From Auanema rhodensis (lineage: Eukaryota; Animalia; Nematoda): 64,000 nt of DNA. Shown one piece after another: positions 37,155 to 53,700 of this stretch; positions within the stretch are counted from its first letter, which is position 1; each line of letters begins with the position of its first letter. The position numbers and the translations under genes are program-made. Below the pieces are notes generated by a model. The model did no database searches. It saw only the letters and a list, made by a program, of their open reading frames with translations, and had not been told where the DNA came from. The stretch is taken from assembly GCA_964057225.1 (NCBI GenBank), contig OZ059895.1, positions 20,398,001 through 20,462,000 on the forward strand, given 5' to 3'.

Positions 37155-40100
37155 ATGCTAATTAAGTGTACACATGATGTGCACTTGGTATGTAACTCGC
37201 TTCAAGTCAAAGATAAAGAGATGCGGTTTTCAAAATTAGATTCCCCATGTCCATATAAGTCTAAAAACAAATTTTTATTGATATTGGTGCATGGTAACCA
37301 TGACTTTAAAATTTACGTGAACTTCAATTTATGCTAATTAAGTGAACTCATGATGTGCACTTGGTATGTAACTCGCTTCACGTGAAAGATAAAGGGATGC
37401 GGTTTTCAAAATTAGATTTCCCATGTCCATATTAGTCTAAAAACAAATTTTTATTGATATTGGTGGATGGTAACCATGACTTTGAAATTTACGTGAACTT
37501 TAATTTATGCTAATTAAGTGCACACATGATGTGCACTTGGTATGTAACTCGCTTCACGTGAAAGATAAAGGGATGCGGTTTTCAAAATTAGATTTCGCAT
37601 GTCCATATTAGTCTAAAAACAAATTTTTATTGATATTGGTGCATGGTAACCATGACTTTGAAATTTACGTGAACTTTAATTTATGCTAATTAAGTGTACA
37701 CGTGATGTGCACTTGGTATGTAACTCGCTTCAAGTCAAAGATAAAGAGATGCGGTTTTCAAAATTAGATTCCCCATGTCCATATAAGTCTAAAAACAAAT
37801 TTTTATTGATATTGGTGCATGGTAACCATGACTTTAAAATTTACGTGAACTTCAATTTATGCTAATTAAGTGTACACGTGATGTGCACTTGGTATGTAAC
37901 TCGCTTCACGTGAAAGATAAAGGGATGCGGTTTCCAAAATTAGATTTCGCATGTCCATATTAGTCTAAAAACAAATTTTTATTGATATTGGTGCATGGTA
38001 ACCATGACTTTGAAATTTACGTGAACTTTAATTTATGCTAATTAAGTGTACACATGATGTGCACTTGGTATGTAACTCGCTTCAAGTGAAAGATAAAGAG
38101 ATGCGGTTTCCAAAATTAGATTTCGCATGTCCATATTAGTCTAAAAACAAATTTTTATTGATATTGGTGCATGGTAACCATGACTTTAAAATTTACGTGA
38201 ACTTTAATTTATGCTAATTAAGTGTACACATGATGTGCACTTGGTATGTAACTCGCTTCACGTCAAAGATAAAGAGATGCGGTTTTCAAAATTAGATTCC
38301 CCATGTCCATATTAGTCTAAAAACAAATTTTTATTAATATTGGTGCATGGTAACCATGACTTTAAAATTTACGTGAACTTCAATTTATGCTAATTAAGTG
38401 TACACGTGATGTGCACTTGGTATGTAACTCGCTTCACGTGAAAGATAAAGGGATGCGGTTTCCAAAATTAGATTTCGCATGTCCATATTAGTCTAAAAAC
38501 AAATTTTTATTGATATTGGTGCATGGTAACCATGACTTTGAAATTTACGTGAACTTTAATTTATGCTAATTAAGTGTACACATGATGTGCACTTGGTATG
38601 TAACTCGCTTCAAGTGAAAGATAAAGAGATGCGGTTTCCAAAATTAGATTTCGCATGTCCATATTAGTCTAAAAACAAATTTTTATTGATATTGGTGCAT
38701 GGTAACCATGACTTTAAAATTTACGTGAACTTTAATTTATGCTAATTTAGTGTACACATGATGTGCACTTGGTATGTAACTCGCTTCACGTCAAAGATAA
38801 AGAGATGCGGTTTTCAAAATTAGATTCCCCATGTCCATATTAGTCTAAAAACAAATTTTTATTGATATTGGTGGATGGTAACCATGACTTTGAAATTTAC
38901 GTGAACTTTAATTTATGCTAATTAAGTGCACACATGATGTGCACTTGGTATGTAACTCGCTTCACGTGAAAGATAAAGGGATGCGGTTTTCAAAATTAGA
39001 TTTCGCATGTCCATATTAGTCTAAAAACAAATTGTTATTGATATTGGTGCATGGTAACCATGACTTTAAAATTTACGTGAACTTTAATTTATGCTAATTA
39101 AGTGTACACATGATGTGCACTTGGTATGTAACCCGCTTCAAGTGAAAGATAAAGAGATGCGGTTTTCAAAATTAGATTTCGCATGTCCATATTAGTCTAA
39201 AAACAAATTTTTATTGATATTGGTGCATGGTAACCATGACTTTGAAATTTACGTGAACTTTAATTTATGCTAATTAAGTGTACACGTGATGTGCACTTGG
39301 TATGTAACTCGCTTCACGTCAAAGATAAAGAGATGCGGTTTTCAAAATTAGATTTCGCATGTCCATATAAGTCTAAAAACAAATTTTTATTGATATTGGT
39401 GCATGGTAACCATGACTTTGAAATTTACGTGAACTTTAATTTATGCTAATTAAGTGTACACGTGATGTGCACTTGGTATGTAACTCGCTTCAAGTCAAAG
39501 ATAAAGAGATGCGGTTTTCAAAATTAGATTCCCCATGTCCATATAAGTCTAAAAACAAATTTTTATTGATATTGGTGCATGGTAACCATGACTTTAAAAT
39601 TTACGTGAACTTCAATTTATGCTAATTAAGTGTACACGTGATGTGCACTTGGTATGTAACTCGCTTCACGTGAAAGATAAAGGGATGCGGTTTCCAAAAT
39701 TAGATTTCGCATGTCCATATTAGTCTAAAAACAAATTTTTATTGATATTGGTGCATGGTAACCATGACTTTGAAATTTACGTGAACTTTAATTTATGCTA
39801 ATTAAGTGTACACATGATGTGCACTTGGTATGTAACTCGCTTCAAGTGAAAGATAAAGAGATGCGGTTTCCAAAATTAGATTTCGCATGTCCATATTAGT
39901 CTAAAAACAAATTTTTATTGATATTGGTGCATGGTAACCATGACTTTAAAATTTACGTGAACTTTAATTTATGCTAATTAAGTGTACACATGATGTGCAC
40001 TTGGTATGTAACTCGCTTCACGTCAAAGATAAAGAGATGCGGTTTTCAAAATTAGATTCCCCATGTCCATATTAGTCTAAAAACAAATTTTTATTAATAT

Positions 40101-43100
40101 TGGTGCATGGTAACCATGACTTTAAAATTTACGTGAACTTCAATTTATGCTAATTAAGTGTACACGTGATGTGCACTTGGTATGTAACTCGCTTCACGTG
40201 AAAGATAAAGGGATGCGGTTTCCAAAATTAGATTTCGCATGTCCATATTAGTCTAAAAACAAATTTTTATTGATATTGGTGCATGGTAACCATGACTTTG
40301 AAATTTACGTGAACTTTAATTTATGCTAATTAAGTGTACACATGATGTGCACTTGGTATGTAACTCGCTTCAAGTGAAAGATAAAGAGATGCGGTTTCCA
40401 AAATTAGATTTCGCATGTCCATATTAGTCTAAAAACAAATTTTTATTGATATTGGTGCATGGTAACCATGACTTTAAAATTTACGTGAACTTTAATTTAT
40501 GCTAATTTAGTGTACACATGATGTGCACTTGGTATGTAACTCGCTTCACGTCAAAGATAAAGAGATGCGGTTTTCAAAATTAGATTCCCCATGTCCATAT
40601 TAGTCTAAAAACAAATTTTTATTGATATTGGTGGATGGTAACCATGACTTTGAAATTTACGTGAACTTTAATTTATGCTAATTAAGTGCACACATGATGT
40701 GCACTTGGTATGTAACTCGCTTCACGTGAAAGATAAAGGGATGCGGTTTTCAAAATTAGATTTCGCATGTCCATATTAGTCTAAAAACAAATTGTTATTG
40801 ATATTGGTGCATGGTAACCATGACTTTAAAATTTACGTGAACTTTAATTTATGCTAATTAAGTGTACACATGATGTGCACTTGGTATGTAACCCGCTTCA
40901 AGTGAAAGATAAAGAGATGCGGTTTTCAAAATTAGATTTCGCATGTCCATATTAGTCTAAAAACAAATTTTTATTGATATTGGTGCATGGTAACCATGAC
41001 TTTGAAATTTACGTGAACTTTAATTTATGCTAATTAAGTGTACACGTGATGTGCACTTGGTATGTAACTCGCTTCACGTCAAAGATAAAGAGATGCGGTT
41101 TTCAAAATTAGATTTCGCATGTCCATATAAGTCTAAAAACAAATTTTTATTGATATTGGTGCATGGTAACCATGACTTTGAAATTTACGTGAACTTTAAT
41201 TTATGCTAATTAAGTGTACACATGCTGTGCACTTGGTATGTAACTCGCTTCACGTCAAAGATAAAGAGATGCGGTTTTCAAAATTAGATTTCGCATGTCC
41301 ATATAAGTCTAAAAACAAATTTTTATTGATATTGGTGCATGGTAACCATGACTTTGAAATTTACGTGAACTTTAATTTATGCTAATTTAGTGTACACATG
41401 ATGTGCACTTGGTATGTAACTCGCTTCACGTCAAAGATAAAGAGATGCGGTTTTCAAAATTAGATTCCCCATGTCCATATTAGTCTAAAAACAAATTTTT
41501 ATTGATATTGGTGGATGGTAACCATGACTTTGAAATTTACGTGAACTTTAATTTATGCTAATTAAGTGCACACATGATGTGCACTTGGTATGTAACTCGC
41601 TTCACGTGAAAGATAAAGGGATGCGGTTTTCAAAATTAGATTTCGCATGTCCATATTAGTCTAAAAACAAATTGTTATTGATATTGGTGCATGGTAACCA
41701 TGACTTTAAAATTTACGTGAACTTTAATTTATGCTAATTAAGTGTACACATGATGTGCACTTGGTATGTAACTCGCTTCACGTCAAAGATAAAGAGATGC
41801 GGTTTTCAAAATTAGATTCCCCATGTCCATATAAGTCTAAAAACAAATTTTTATTGATATTGGTGCATGGTAACCATGACTTTAAAATTTACGTGAACTT
41901 CAATTTATGCTAATTAAGTGAACTCATGATGTGCACTTGGTATGTAACTCGCTTCACGTGAAAGATAAAGGGATGCGGTTTTCAAAATTAGATTTCCCAT
42001 GTCCATATTAGTCTAAAAACAAATTTTTATTGATATTGGTGGATGGTAACCATGACTTTGAAATTTACGTGAACTTTAATTTATGCTAATTAAGTGCACA
42101 CATGATGTGCACTTGGTATGTAACTCGCTTCACGTGAAAGATAAAGGGATGCGGTTTTCAAAATTAGATTTCGCATGTCCATATTAGTCTAAAAACAAAT
42201 TTTTATTGATATTGGTGCATGGTAACCATGACTTTGAAATTTACGTGAACTTTAATTTATGCTAATTAAGTGTACACGTGATGTGCACTTGGTATGTAAC
42301 TCGCTTCAAGTCAAAGATAAAGAGATGCGGTTTTCAAAATTAGATTCCCCATGTCCATATAAGTCTAAAAACAAATTTTTATTGATATTGGTGCATGGTA
42401 ACCATGACTTTAAAATTTACGTGAACTTCAATTTATGCTAATTAAGTGTACACGTGATGTGCACTTGGTATGTAACTCGCTTCACGTGAAAGATAAAGGG
42501 ATGCGGTTTCCAAAATTAGATTTCGCATGTCCATATTAGTCTAAAAACAAATTTTTATTGATATTGGTGCATGGTAACCATGACTTTGAAATTTACGTGA
42601 ACTTTAATTTATGCTAATTAAGTGTACACATGATGTGCACTTGGTATGTAACTCGCTTCAAGTGAAAGATAAAGAGATGCGGTTTCCAAAATTAGATTTC
42701 GCATGTCCATATTAGTCTAAAAACAAATTTTTATTGATATTGGTGGATGGTAACCATGACTTTAAAATTTACGTGAACTTTAATTTATGCTAATTAAGTG
42801 TACACATGATGTGCACTTGGTATGTAACTCGCTTCACGTCAAAGATAAAGAGATGCGGTTTTCAAAATTAGATTCCCCATGTCCATATTAGTCTAAAAAC
42901 AAATTTTTATTAATATTGGTGCATGGTAACCATGACTTTAAAATTTACGTGAACTTCAATTTATGCTAATTAAGTGTACACGTGATGTGCACTTGGTATG
43001 TAACTCGCTTCACGTGAAAGATAAAGGGATGCGGTTTCCAAAATTAGATTTCGCATGTCCATATTAGTCTAAAAACAAATTTTTATTGATATTGGTGCAT

Positions 43101-46100
43101 GGTAACCATGACTTTGAAATTTACGTGAACTTTAATTTATGCTAATTAAGTGTACACATGATGTGCACTTGGTATGTAACTCGCTTCAAGTGAAAGATAA
43201 AGAGATGCGGTTTCCAAAATTAGATTTCGCATGTCCATATTAGTCTAAAAACAAATTTTTATTGATATTGGTGCATGGTAACCATGACTTTGAAATTTAC
43301 GTGAACTTTAATTTATGCTAATTAAGTGTACACATGATGTGCACTTGGTATGTAACTCGCTTCAAGTGAAAGATAAAGAGATGCGGTTTCCAAAATTAGA
43401 TTTCGCATGTCCATATTAGTCTAAAAACAAATTTTTATTGATATTGGTGCATGGTAACCATGACTTTAAAATTTACGTGAACTTCAATTTATGCTAATTA
43501 AGTGTACACGTGATGTGCACTTGGTATGTAACTCGCTTCACGTGAAAGATAAAGGGATGCGGTTTCCAAAATTAGATTTCGCATGTCCATATTAGTCTAA
43601 AAACAAATTTTTATTGATATTGGTGCATGGTAACCATGACTTTGAAATTTACGTGAACTTTAATTTATGCTAATTAAGTGTACACATGATGTGCACTTGG
43701 TATGTAACTCGCTTCAAGTGAAAGATAAAGAGATGCGGTTTCCAAAATTAGATTTCGCATGTCCATATTAGTCTAAAAACAAATTTTTATTGATATTGGT
43801 GCATGGTAACCATGACTTTAAAATTTACGTGAACTTTAATTTATGCTAATTTAGTGTACACATGATGTGCACTTGGTATGTAACTCGCTTCACGTCAAAG
43901 ATAAAGAGATGCGGTTTTCAAAATTAGATTCCCCATGTCCATATTAGTCTAAAAACAAATTTTTATTGATATTGGTGGATGGTAACCATGACTTTGAAAT
44001 TTACGTGAACTTTAATTTATGCTAATTAAGTGCACACATGATGTGCACTTGGTATGTAACTCGCTTCACGTGAAAGATAAAGGGATGCGGTTTTCAAAAT
44101 TAGATTTCGCATGTCCATATTAGTCTAAAAACAAATTGTTATTGATATTGGTGCATGGTAACCATGACTTTAAAATTTACGTGAACTTTAATTTATGCTA
44201 ATTAAGTGTACACATGATGTGCACTTGGTATGTAACCCGCTTCAAGTGAAAGATAAAGAGATGCGGTTTTCAAAATTAGATTTCGCATGTCCATATTAGT
44301 CTAAAAACAAATTTTTATTGATATTGGTGCATGGTAACCATGACTTTGAAATTTACGTGAACTTTAATTTATGCTAATTAAGTGTACACGTGATGTGCAC
44401 TTGGTATGTAACTCGCTTCACGTCAAAGATAAAGAGATGCGGTTTTCAAAATTAGATTTCGCATGTCCATATAAGTCTAAAAACAAATTTTTATTGATAT
44501 TGGTGCATGGTAACCATGACTTTGAAATTTACGTGAACTTTAATTTATGCTAATTAAGTGTACACGTGATGTGCACTTGGTATGTAACTCGCTTCAAGTC
44601 AAAGATAAAGAGATGCGGTTTTCAAAATTAGATTCCCCATGTCCATATAAGTCTAAAAACAAATTTTTATTGATATTGGTGCATGGTAACCATGACTTTA
44701 AAATTTACGTGAACTTCAATTTATGCTAATTAAGTGTACACGTGATGTGCACTTGGTATGTAACTCGCTTCACGTGAAAGATAAAGGGATGCGGTTTCCA
44801 AAATTAGATTTCGCATGTCCATATTAGTCTAAAAACAAATTTTTATTGATATTGGTGCATGGTAACCATGACTTTGAAATTTACGTGAACTTTAATTTAT
44901 GCTAATTAAGTGTACACATGATGTGCACTTGGTATGTAACTCGCTTCAAGTGAAAGATAAAGAGATGCGGTTTCCAAAATTAGATTTCGCATGTCCATAT
45001 TAGTCTAAAAACAAATTTTTATTGATATTGGTGCATGGTAACCATGACTTTAAAATTTACGTGAACTTTAATTTATGCTAATTAAGTGTACACATGATGT
45101 GCACTTGGTATGTAACTCGCTTCACGTCAAAGATAAAGAGATGCGGTTTTCAAAATTAGATTCCCCATGTCCATATTAGTCTAAAAACAAATTTTTATTA
45201 ATATTGGTGCATGGTAACCATGACTTTAAAATTTACGTGAACTTCAATTTATGCTAATTAAGTGTACACGTGATGTGCACTTGGTATGTAACTCGCTTCA
45301 CGTGAAAGATAAAGGGATGCGGTTTCCAAAATTAGATTTCGCATGTCCATATTAGTCTAAAAACAAATTTTTATTGATATTGGTGCATGGTAACCATGAC
45401 TTTGAAATTTACGTGAACTTTAATTTATGCTAATTAAGTGTACACATGATGTGCACTTGGTATGTAACTCGCTTCAAGTGAAAGATAAAGAGATGCGGTT
45501 TCCAAAATTAGATTTCGCATGTCCATATTAGTCTAAAAACAAATTTTTATTGATATTGGTGCATGGTAACCATGACTTTAAAATTTACGTGAACTTTAAT
45601 TTATGCTAATTTAGTGTACACATGATGTGCACTTGGTATGTAACTCGCTTCACGTCAAAGATAAAGAGATGCGGTTTTCAAAATTAGATTCCCCATGTCC
45701 ATATTAGTCTAAAAACAAATTTTTATTGATATTGGTGGATGGTAACCATGACTTTGAAATTTACGTGAACTTTAATTTATGCTAATTAAGTGCACACATG
45801 ATGTGCACTTGGTATGTAACTCGCTTCACGTGAAAGATAAAGGGATGCGGTTTTCAAAATTAGATTTCGCATGTCCATATTAGTCTAAAAACAAATTGTT
45901 ATTGATATTGGTGCATGGTAACCATGACTTTAAAATTTACGTGAACTTTAATTTATGCTAATTAAGTGTACACATGATGTGCACTTGGTATGTAACCCGC
46001 TTCAAGTGAAAGATAAAGAGATGCGGTTTTCAAAATTAGATTTCGCATGTCCATATTAGTCTAAAAACAAATTTTTATTGATATTGGTGCATGGTAACCA

Positions 46101-49100
46101 TGACTTTGAAATTTACGTGAACTTTAATTTATGCTAATTAAGTGTACACGTGATGTGCACTTGGTATGTAACTCGCTTCACGTCAAAGATAAAGAGATGC
46201 GGTTTTCAAAATTAGATTTCGCATGTCCATATAAGTCTAAAAACAAATTTTTATTGATATTGGTGCATGGTAACCATGACTTTGAAATTTACGTGAACTT
46301 TAATTTATGCTAATTAAGTGTACACATGCTGTGCACTTGGTATGTAACTCGCTTCACGTCAAAGATAAAGAGATGCGGTTTTCAAAATTAGATTTCGCAT
46401 GTCCATATAAGTCTAAAAACAAATTTTTATTGATATTGGTGCATGGTAACCATGACTTTGAAATTTACGTGAACTTTAATTTATGCTAATTTAGTGTACA
46501 CATGATGTGCACTTGGTATGTAACTCGCTTCACGTCAAAGATAAAGAGATGCGGTTTTCAAAATTAGATTCCCCATGTCCATATTAGTCTAAAAACAAAT
46601 TTTTATTGATATTGGTGGATGGTAACCATGACTTTGAAATTTACGTGAACTTTAATTTATGCTAATTAAGTGCACACATGATGTGCACTTGGTATGTAAC
46701 TCGCTTCACGTGAAAGATAAAGGGATGCGGTTTTCAAAATTAGATTTCGCATGTCCATATTAGTCTAAAAACAAATTGTTATTGATATTGGTGCATGGTA
46801 ACCATGACTTTAAAATTTACGTGAACTTTAATTTATGCTAATTAAGTGTACACATGATGTGCACTTGGTATGTAACTCGCTTCACGTCAAAGATAAAGAG
46901 ATGCGGTTTTCAAAATTAGATTCCCCATGTCCATATAAGTCTAAAAACAAATTTTTATTGATATTGGTGCATGGTAACCATGACTTTAAAATTTACGTGA
47001 ACTTCAATTTATGCTAATTAAGTGAACTCATGATGTGCACTTGGTATGTAACTCGCTTCACGTGAAAGATAAAGGGATGCGGTTTTCAAAATTAGATTTC
47101 CCATGTCCATATTAGTCTAAAAACAAATTTTTATTGATATTGGTGGATGGTAACCATGACTTTGAAATTTACGTGAACTTTAATTTATGCTAATTAAGTG
47201 CACACATGATGTGCACTTGGTATGTAACTCGCTTCACGTGAAAGATAAAGGGATGCGGTTTTCAAAATTAGATTTCGCATGTCCATATTAGTCTAAAAAC
47301 AAATTTTTATTGATATTGGTGCATGGTAACCATGACTTTGAAATTTACGTGAACTTTAATTTATGCTAATTAAGTGTACACGTGATGTGCACTTGGTATG
47401 TAACTCGCTTCAAGTCAAAGATAAAGAGATGCGGTTTTCAAAATTAGATTCCCCATGTCCATATAAGTCTAAAAACAAATTTTTATTGATATTGGTGCAT
47501 GGTAACCATGACTTTAAAATTTACGTGAACTTCAATTTATGCTAATTAAGTGTACACGTGATGTGCACTTGGTATGTAACTCGCTTCACGTGAAAGATAA
47601 AGGGATGCGGTTTCCAAAATTAGATTTCGCATGTCCATATTAGTCTAAAAACAAATTTTTATTGATATTGGTGCATGGTAACCATGACTTTGAAATTTAC
47701 GTGAACTTTAATTTATGCTAATTAAGTGTACACATGATGTGCACTTGGTATGTAACTCGCTTCAAGTGAAAGATAAAGAGATGCGGTTTCCAAAATTAGA
47801 TTTCGCATGTCCATATTAGTCTAAAAACAAATTTTTATTGATATTGGTGGATGGTAACCATGACTTTAAAATTTACGTGAACTTTAATTTATGCTAATTA
47901 AGTGTACACATGATGTGCACTTGGTATGTAACTCGCTTCACGTCAAAGATAAAGAGATGCGGTTTTCAAAATTAGATTCCCCATGTCCATATTAGTCTAA
48001 AAACAAATTTTTATTAATATTGGTGCATGGTAACCATGACTTTAAAATTTACGTGAACTTCAATTTATGCTAATTAAGTGTACACGTGATGTGCACTTGG
48101 TATGTAACTCGCTTCACGTGAAAGATAAAGGGATGCGGTTTCCAAAATTAGATTTCGCATGTCCATATTAGTCTAAAAACAAATTTTTATTGATATTGGT
48201 GCATGGTAACCATGACTTTGAAATTTACGTGAACTTTAATTTATGCTAATTAAGTGTACACATGATGTGCACTTGGTATGTAACTCGCTTCAAGTGAAAG
48301 ATAAAGAGATGCGGTTTCCAAAATTAGATTTCGCATGTCCATATTAGTCTAAAAACAAATTTTTATTGATATTGGTGCATGGTAACCATGACTTTAAAAT
48401 TTACGTGAACTTTAATTTATGCTAATTTAGTGTACACATGATGTGCACTTGGTATGTAACTCGCTTCACGTCAAAGATAAAGAGATGCGGTTTTCAAAAT
48501 TAGATTCCCCATGTCCATATTAGTCTAAAAACAAATTTTTATTGATATTGGTGGATGGTAACCATGACTTTGAAATTTACGTGAACTTTAATTTATGCTA
48601 ATTAAGTGCACACATGATGTGCACTTGGTATGTAACTCGCTTCACGTGAAAGATAAAGGGATGCGGTTTTCAAAATTAGATTTCGCATGTCCATATTAGT
48701 CTAAAAACAAATTGTTATTGATATTGGTGCATGGTAACCATGACTTTAAAATTTACGTGAACTTTAATTTATGCTAATTAAGTGTACACATGATGTGCAC
48801 TTGGTATGTAACCCGCTTCAAGTGAAAGATAAAGAGATGCGGTTTTCAAAATTAGATTTCGCATGTCCATATTAGTCTAAAAACAAATTTTTATTGATAT
48901 TGGTGCATGGTAACCATGACTTTGAAATTTACGTGAACTTTAATTTATGCTAATTAAGTGTACACGTGATGTGCACTTGGTATGTAACTCGCTTCACGTC
49001 AAAGATAAAGAGATGCGGTTTTCAAAATTAGATTTCGCATGTCCATATAAGTCTAAAAACAAATTTTTATTGATATTGGTGCATGGTAACCATGACTTTG

Positions 49101-51410
49101 AAATTTACGTGAACTTTAATTTATGCTAATTAAGTGTACACGTGATGTGCACTTGGTATGTAACTCGCTTCAAGTCAAAGATAAAGAGATGCGGTTTTCA
49201 AAATTAGATTCCCCATGTCCATATAAGTCTAAAAACAAATTTTTATTGATATTGGTGCATGGTAACCATGACTTTAAAATTTACGTGAACTTCAATTTAT
49301 GCTAATTAAGTGTACACGTGATGTGCACTTGGTATGTAACTCGCTTCACGTGAAAGATAAAGGGATGCGGTTTCCAAAATTAGATTTCGCATGTCCATAT
49401 TAGTCTAAAAACAAATTTTTATTGATATTGGTGCATGGTAACCATGACTTTGAAATTTACGTGAACTTTAATTTATGCTAATTAAGTGTACACATGATGT
49501 GCACTTGGTATGTAACTCGCTTCAAGTGAAAGATAAAGAGATGCGGTTTCCAAAATTAGATTTCGCATGTCCATATTAGTCTAAAAACAAATTTTTATTG
49601 ATATTGGTGCATGGTAACCATGACTTTAAAATTTACGTGAACTTTAATTTATGCTAATTAAGTGTACACATGATGTGCACTTGGTATGTAACTCGCTTCA
49701 CGTCAAAGATAAAGAGATGCGGTTTTCAAAATTAGATTCCCCATGTCCATATTAGTCTAAAAACAAATTTTTATTAATATTGGTGCATGGTAACCATGAC
49801 TTTAAAATTTACGTGAACTTCAATTTATGCTAATTAAGTGTACACGTGATGTGCACTTGGTATGTAACTCGCTTCACGTGAAAGATAAAGGGATGCGGTT
49901 TCCAAAATTAGATTTCGCATGTCCATATTAGTCTAAAAACAAATTTTTATTGATATTGGTGCATGGTAACCATGACTTTGAAATTTACGTGAACTTTAAT
50001 TTATGCTAATTAAGTGTACACATGATGTGCACTTGGTATGTAACTCGCTTCAAGTGAAAGATAAAGAGATGCGGTTTCCAAAATTAGATTTCGCATGTCC
50101 ATATTAGTCTAAAAACAAATTTTTATTGATATTGGTGCATGGTAACCATGACTTTAAAATTTACGTGAACTTTAATTTATGCTAATTTAGTGTACACATG
50201 ATGTGCACTTGGTATGTAACTCGCTTCACGTCAAAGATAAAGAGATGCGGTTTTCAAAATTAGATTCCCCATGTCCATATTAGTCTAAAAACAAATTTTT
50301 ATTGATATTGGTGGATGGTAACCATGACTTTGAAATTTACGTGAACTTTAATTTATGCTAATTAAGTGCACACATGATGTGCACTTGGTATGTAACTCGC
50401 TTCACGTGAAAGATAAAGGGATGCGGTTTTCAAAATTAGATTTCGCATGTCCATATTAGTCTAAAAACAAATTGTTATTGATATTGGTGCATGGTAACCA
50501 TGACTTTAAAATTTACGTGAACTTTAATTTATGCTAATTAAGTGTACACATGATGTGCACTTGGTATGTAACCCGCTTCAAGTGAAAGATAAAGAGATGC
50601 GGTTTTCAAAATTAGATTTCGCATGTCCATATTAGTCTAAAAACAAATTTTTATTGATATTGGTGCATGGTAACCATGACTTTGAAATTTACGTGAACTT
50701 TAATTTATGCTAATTAAGTGTACACGTGATGTGCACTTGGTATGTAACTCGCTTCACGTCAAAGATAAAGAGATGCGGTTTTCAAAATTAGATTTCGCAT
50801 GTCCATATAAGTCTAAAAACAAATTTTTATTGATATTGGTGCATGGTAACCATGACTTTGAAATTTACGTGAACTTTAATTTATGCTAATTAAGTGTACA
50901 CATGCTGTGCACTTGGTATGTAACTCGCTTCACGTCAAAGATAAAGAGATGCGGTTTTCAAAATTAGATTTCGCATGTCCATATAAGTCTAAAAACAAAT
51001 TTTTATTGATATTGGTGCATGGTAACCATGACTTTAAAATTTACGTGAACTTTAATTTATGCTAATTTAGTGTACACATGATGTGCACTTGGTATGTAAC
51101 TCGCTTCACGTCAAAGATAAAGAGATGCGGTTTTCAAAATTAGATTCCCCATGTCCATATTAGTCTAAAAACAAATTTTTATTGATATTGGTGGATGGTA
51201 ACCATGACTTTGAAATTTACGTGAACTTTAATTTATGCTAATTAAGTGCACACATGATGTGCACTTGGTATGTAACTCGCTTCACGTGAAAGATAAAGGG
51301 ATGCGGTTTTCAAAATTAGATTTCGCATGTCCATATTAGTCTAAAAACAAATTGTTATTGATATTGGTGCATGGTAACCATGACTTTAAAATTTACGTGA
51401 ACTTTAATTT
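37155..51410. repeat. SatC nested HOR: 26-mer (4576 bp), 29-mer (5104 bp), 26-mer, each containing a duplicated 10-mer (1760 bp)
   Basis: The variant gtgaactcat lies at 37344, 41920 and 47024 (+4576, +5104). The variant acccgc lies at 39131/40891, 44235/45995 and 48811/50571, in pairs 1760 bp apart. Confidence 0.92.
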
Positions 51411-53700
51411 ATGCTAATTAAGTGTACACATGATGTGCACTTGGTATGTAACTCGCTTCACGTCAAAGATAAAGAGATGCGGTTTTCAAAATTAGATTCC
51501 CCATGTCCATATTAGTCTAAAAACAAATTTTTATTGATATTGGTGGATGGTAACCATGACTTTGAAATTTACGTGAACTTTAATTTATGCTAATTAAGTG
51601 CACACATGATGTGCACTTGGTATGTAACTCGCTTCACGTCAAAGATAAAGGGATGCGGTTTTCAAAATTAGATTCCCCATGTCCATATTAGTCTAAAAAC
51701 AAATTTTTATTGATATTGGTGGATGGTAACCATGACTTTGAAATTTACGTGAACTTTAATTTATGCTAATTAAGTGCACACATGATGTGCACTTGGTATG
51801 TAACTCGCTTCACGTGAGAGATAAAGGGATGCGGTTTTCAAAATTAGATTTCGCATGTCCATATTAGTCTAAAAACAAATTTTTATTGATATTGGTGGAT
51901 GGTAATCATGACTTTGAAATTTACGTGAACTTTAATTTATGCTAATTAAGTGCACACATGATGTGCACTTGGTATGTAACTCGCTTCACGTCAAAGATAA
52001 AGAGATGCGGTTTTCAAAATTAGATTCCCCATGTCCATATTAGTCTAAAAACAAATTTTTATTGATATTGGTGGATGGTAACCATGACTTTGAAATTTAC
52101 GTGAACTTTAATTTATGCTAATTAAGTGCACACATGATGTGCACTTGGTATGTAACTCGCTTCACGTGAAAGATAAAGGGATGCGGTTTTCAAAATTAGA
52201 TTTCGCATGTCCATATTAGTCTAAAAACAAATTTTTATTGATATTGGTGGATGGTAACCATGACTTTGAAATTTACGTGAACTTTAATTTATGCTAATTA
52301 AGTGCACACATGATGTGCACTTGGTATGTAACTCGCTTCACGTGAAAGATAAAGGGATGCGGTTTTCAAAATTAGATTTCGCATGTCCATATTAGTCTAA
52401 AAACAAATTTTTATTGATATTGGTGGATGGTAACCATGACTTTGAAATTTACGTGAACTTTAATTTATGCTAATTAAGTGCACACATGATGTGCACTTGG
52501 TATGTAACTCGCTTCACGTCAAAGATAAAGAGATGCGGTTTTCAAAATTAGATTCCCCATGTCCATATTAGTCTAAAAACAAATTTTTATTGATATTGGT
52601 GGATGGTAACCATGACTTTGAAATTTACGTGAACTTTAATTTATGCTAATTAAGTGCACACATGATGTGCACTTGGTATGTAACTCGCTTCACGTGAAAG
52701 ATAAAGGGATGCGGTTTTCAAAATTAGATTTCGCATGTCCATATTAGTCTAAAAACAAATTGTTATTGATATTGGTGCATGGTAACCATGACTTTAAAAT
52801 TTACGTGAACTTTAATTTATGCTAATTAAGTGTACACATGATGTGCACTTGGTATGTAACTCGCTTCACGTCAAAGATAAAGAGATGCGGTTTTCAAAAT
52901 TAGATTCCCCATGTCCATATTAGTCTAAAAACAAATTTTTATTGATATTGGTGGATGGTAACCATGACTTTGAAATTTACGTGAACTTTAATTTATGCTA
53001 ATTAAGTGCACACATGATGTGCACTTGGTATGTAACTCGCTTCACGTCAAAGATAAAGGGATGCGGTTTTCAAAATTAGATTCCCCATGTCCATATTAGT
53101 CTAAAAACAAATTTTTATTGATATTGGTGGATGGTAACCATGACTTTGAAATTTACGTGAACTTTAATTTATGCTAATTAAGTGCACACATGATGTGCAC
53201 TTGGTATGTAACTCGCTTCACGTGAAAGATAAAGGGATGCGGTTTTCAAAATTAGATTTCGCATGTCCATATTAGTCTAAAAACAAATTTTTATTGATAT
53301 TGGTGGATGGTAATCATGACTTTGAAATTTACGTGAACTTTAATTTATGCTAATTAAGTGCACACATGATGTGCACTTGGTATGTAACTCGCTTCACGTC
53401 AAAGATAAAGAGATGCGGTTTTCAAAATTAGATTCCCCATGTCCATATTAGTCTAAAAACAAATTTTTATTGATATTGGTGGATGGTAACCATGACTTTG
53501 AAATTTACGTGAACTTTAATTTATGCTAATTAACTGCACACATGATGTGCACTTGGTATGTAACTCGCTTCACGTGAAAGATAAAGGGATGCGGTTTTCA
53601 AAATTAGATTTCGCATGTCCATATTAGTCTAAAAACAAATTGTTATTGATATTGGTGCATGGTAACCATGACTTTAAAATTTACGTGAACTTTAATTTAT
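51240..53700. repeat. SatC 8-mer duplication (1408 bp) in a gtgcac/gtggat-rich domain
   Basis: ggtaatcatg occurs at 51901 and 53309, and ttcacgtcaaagataaaggg at 51633 and 53041, both +1408. Boundaries are approximate. Confidence 0.78.
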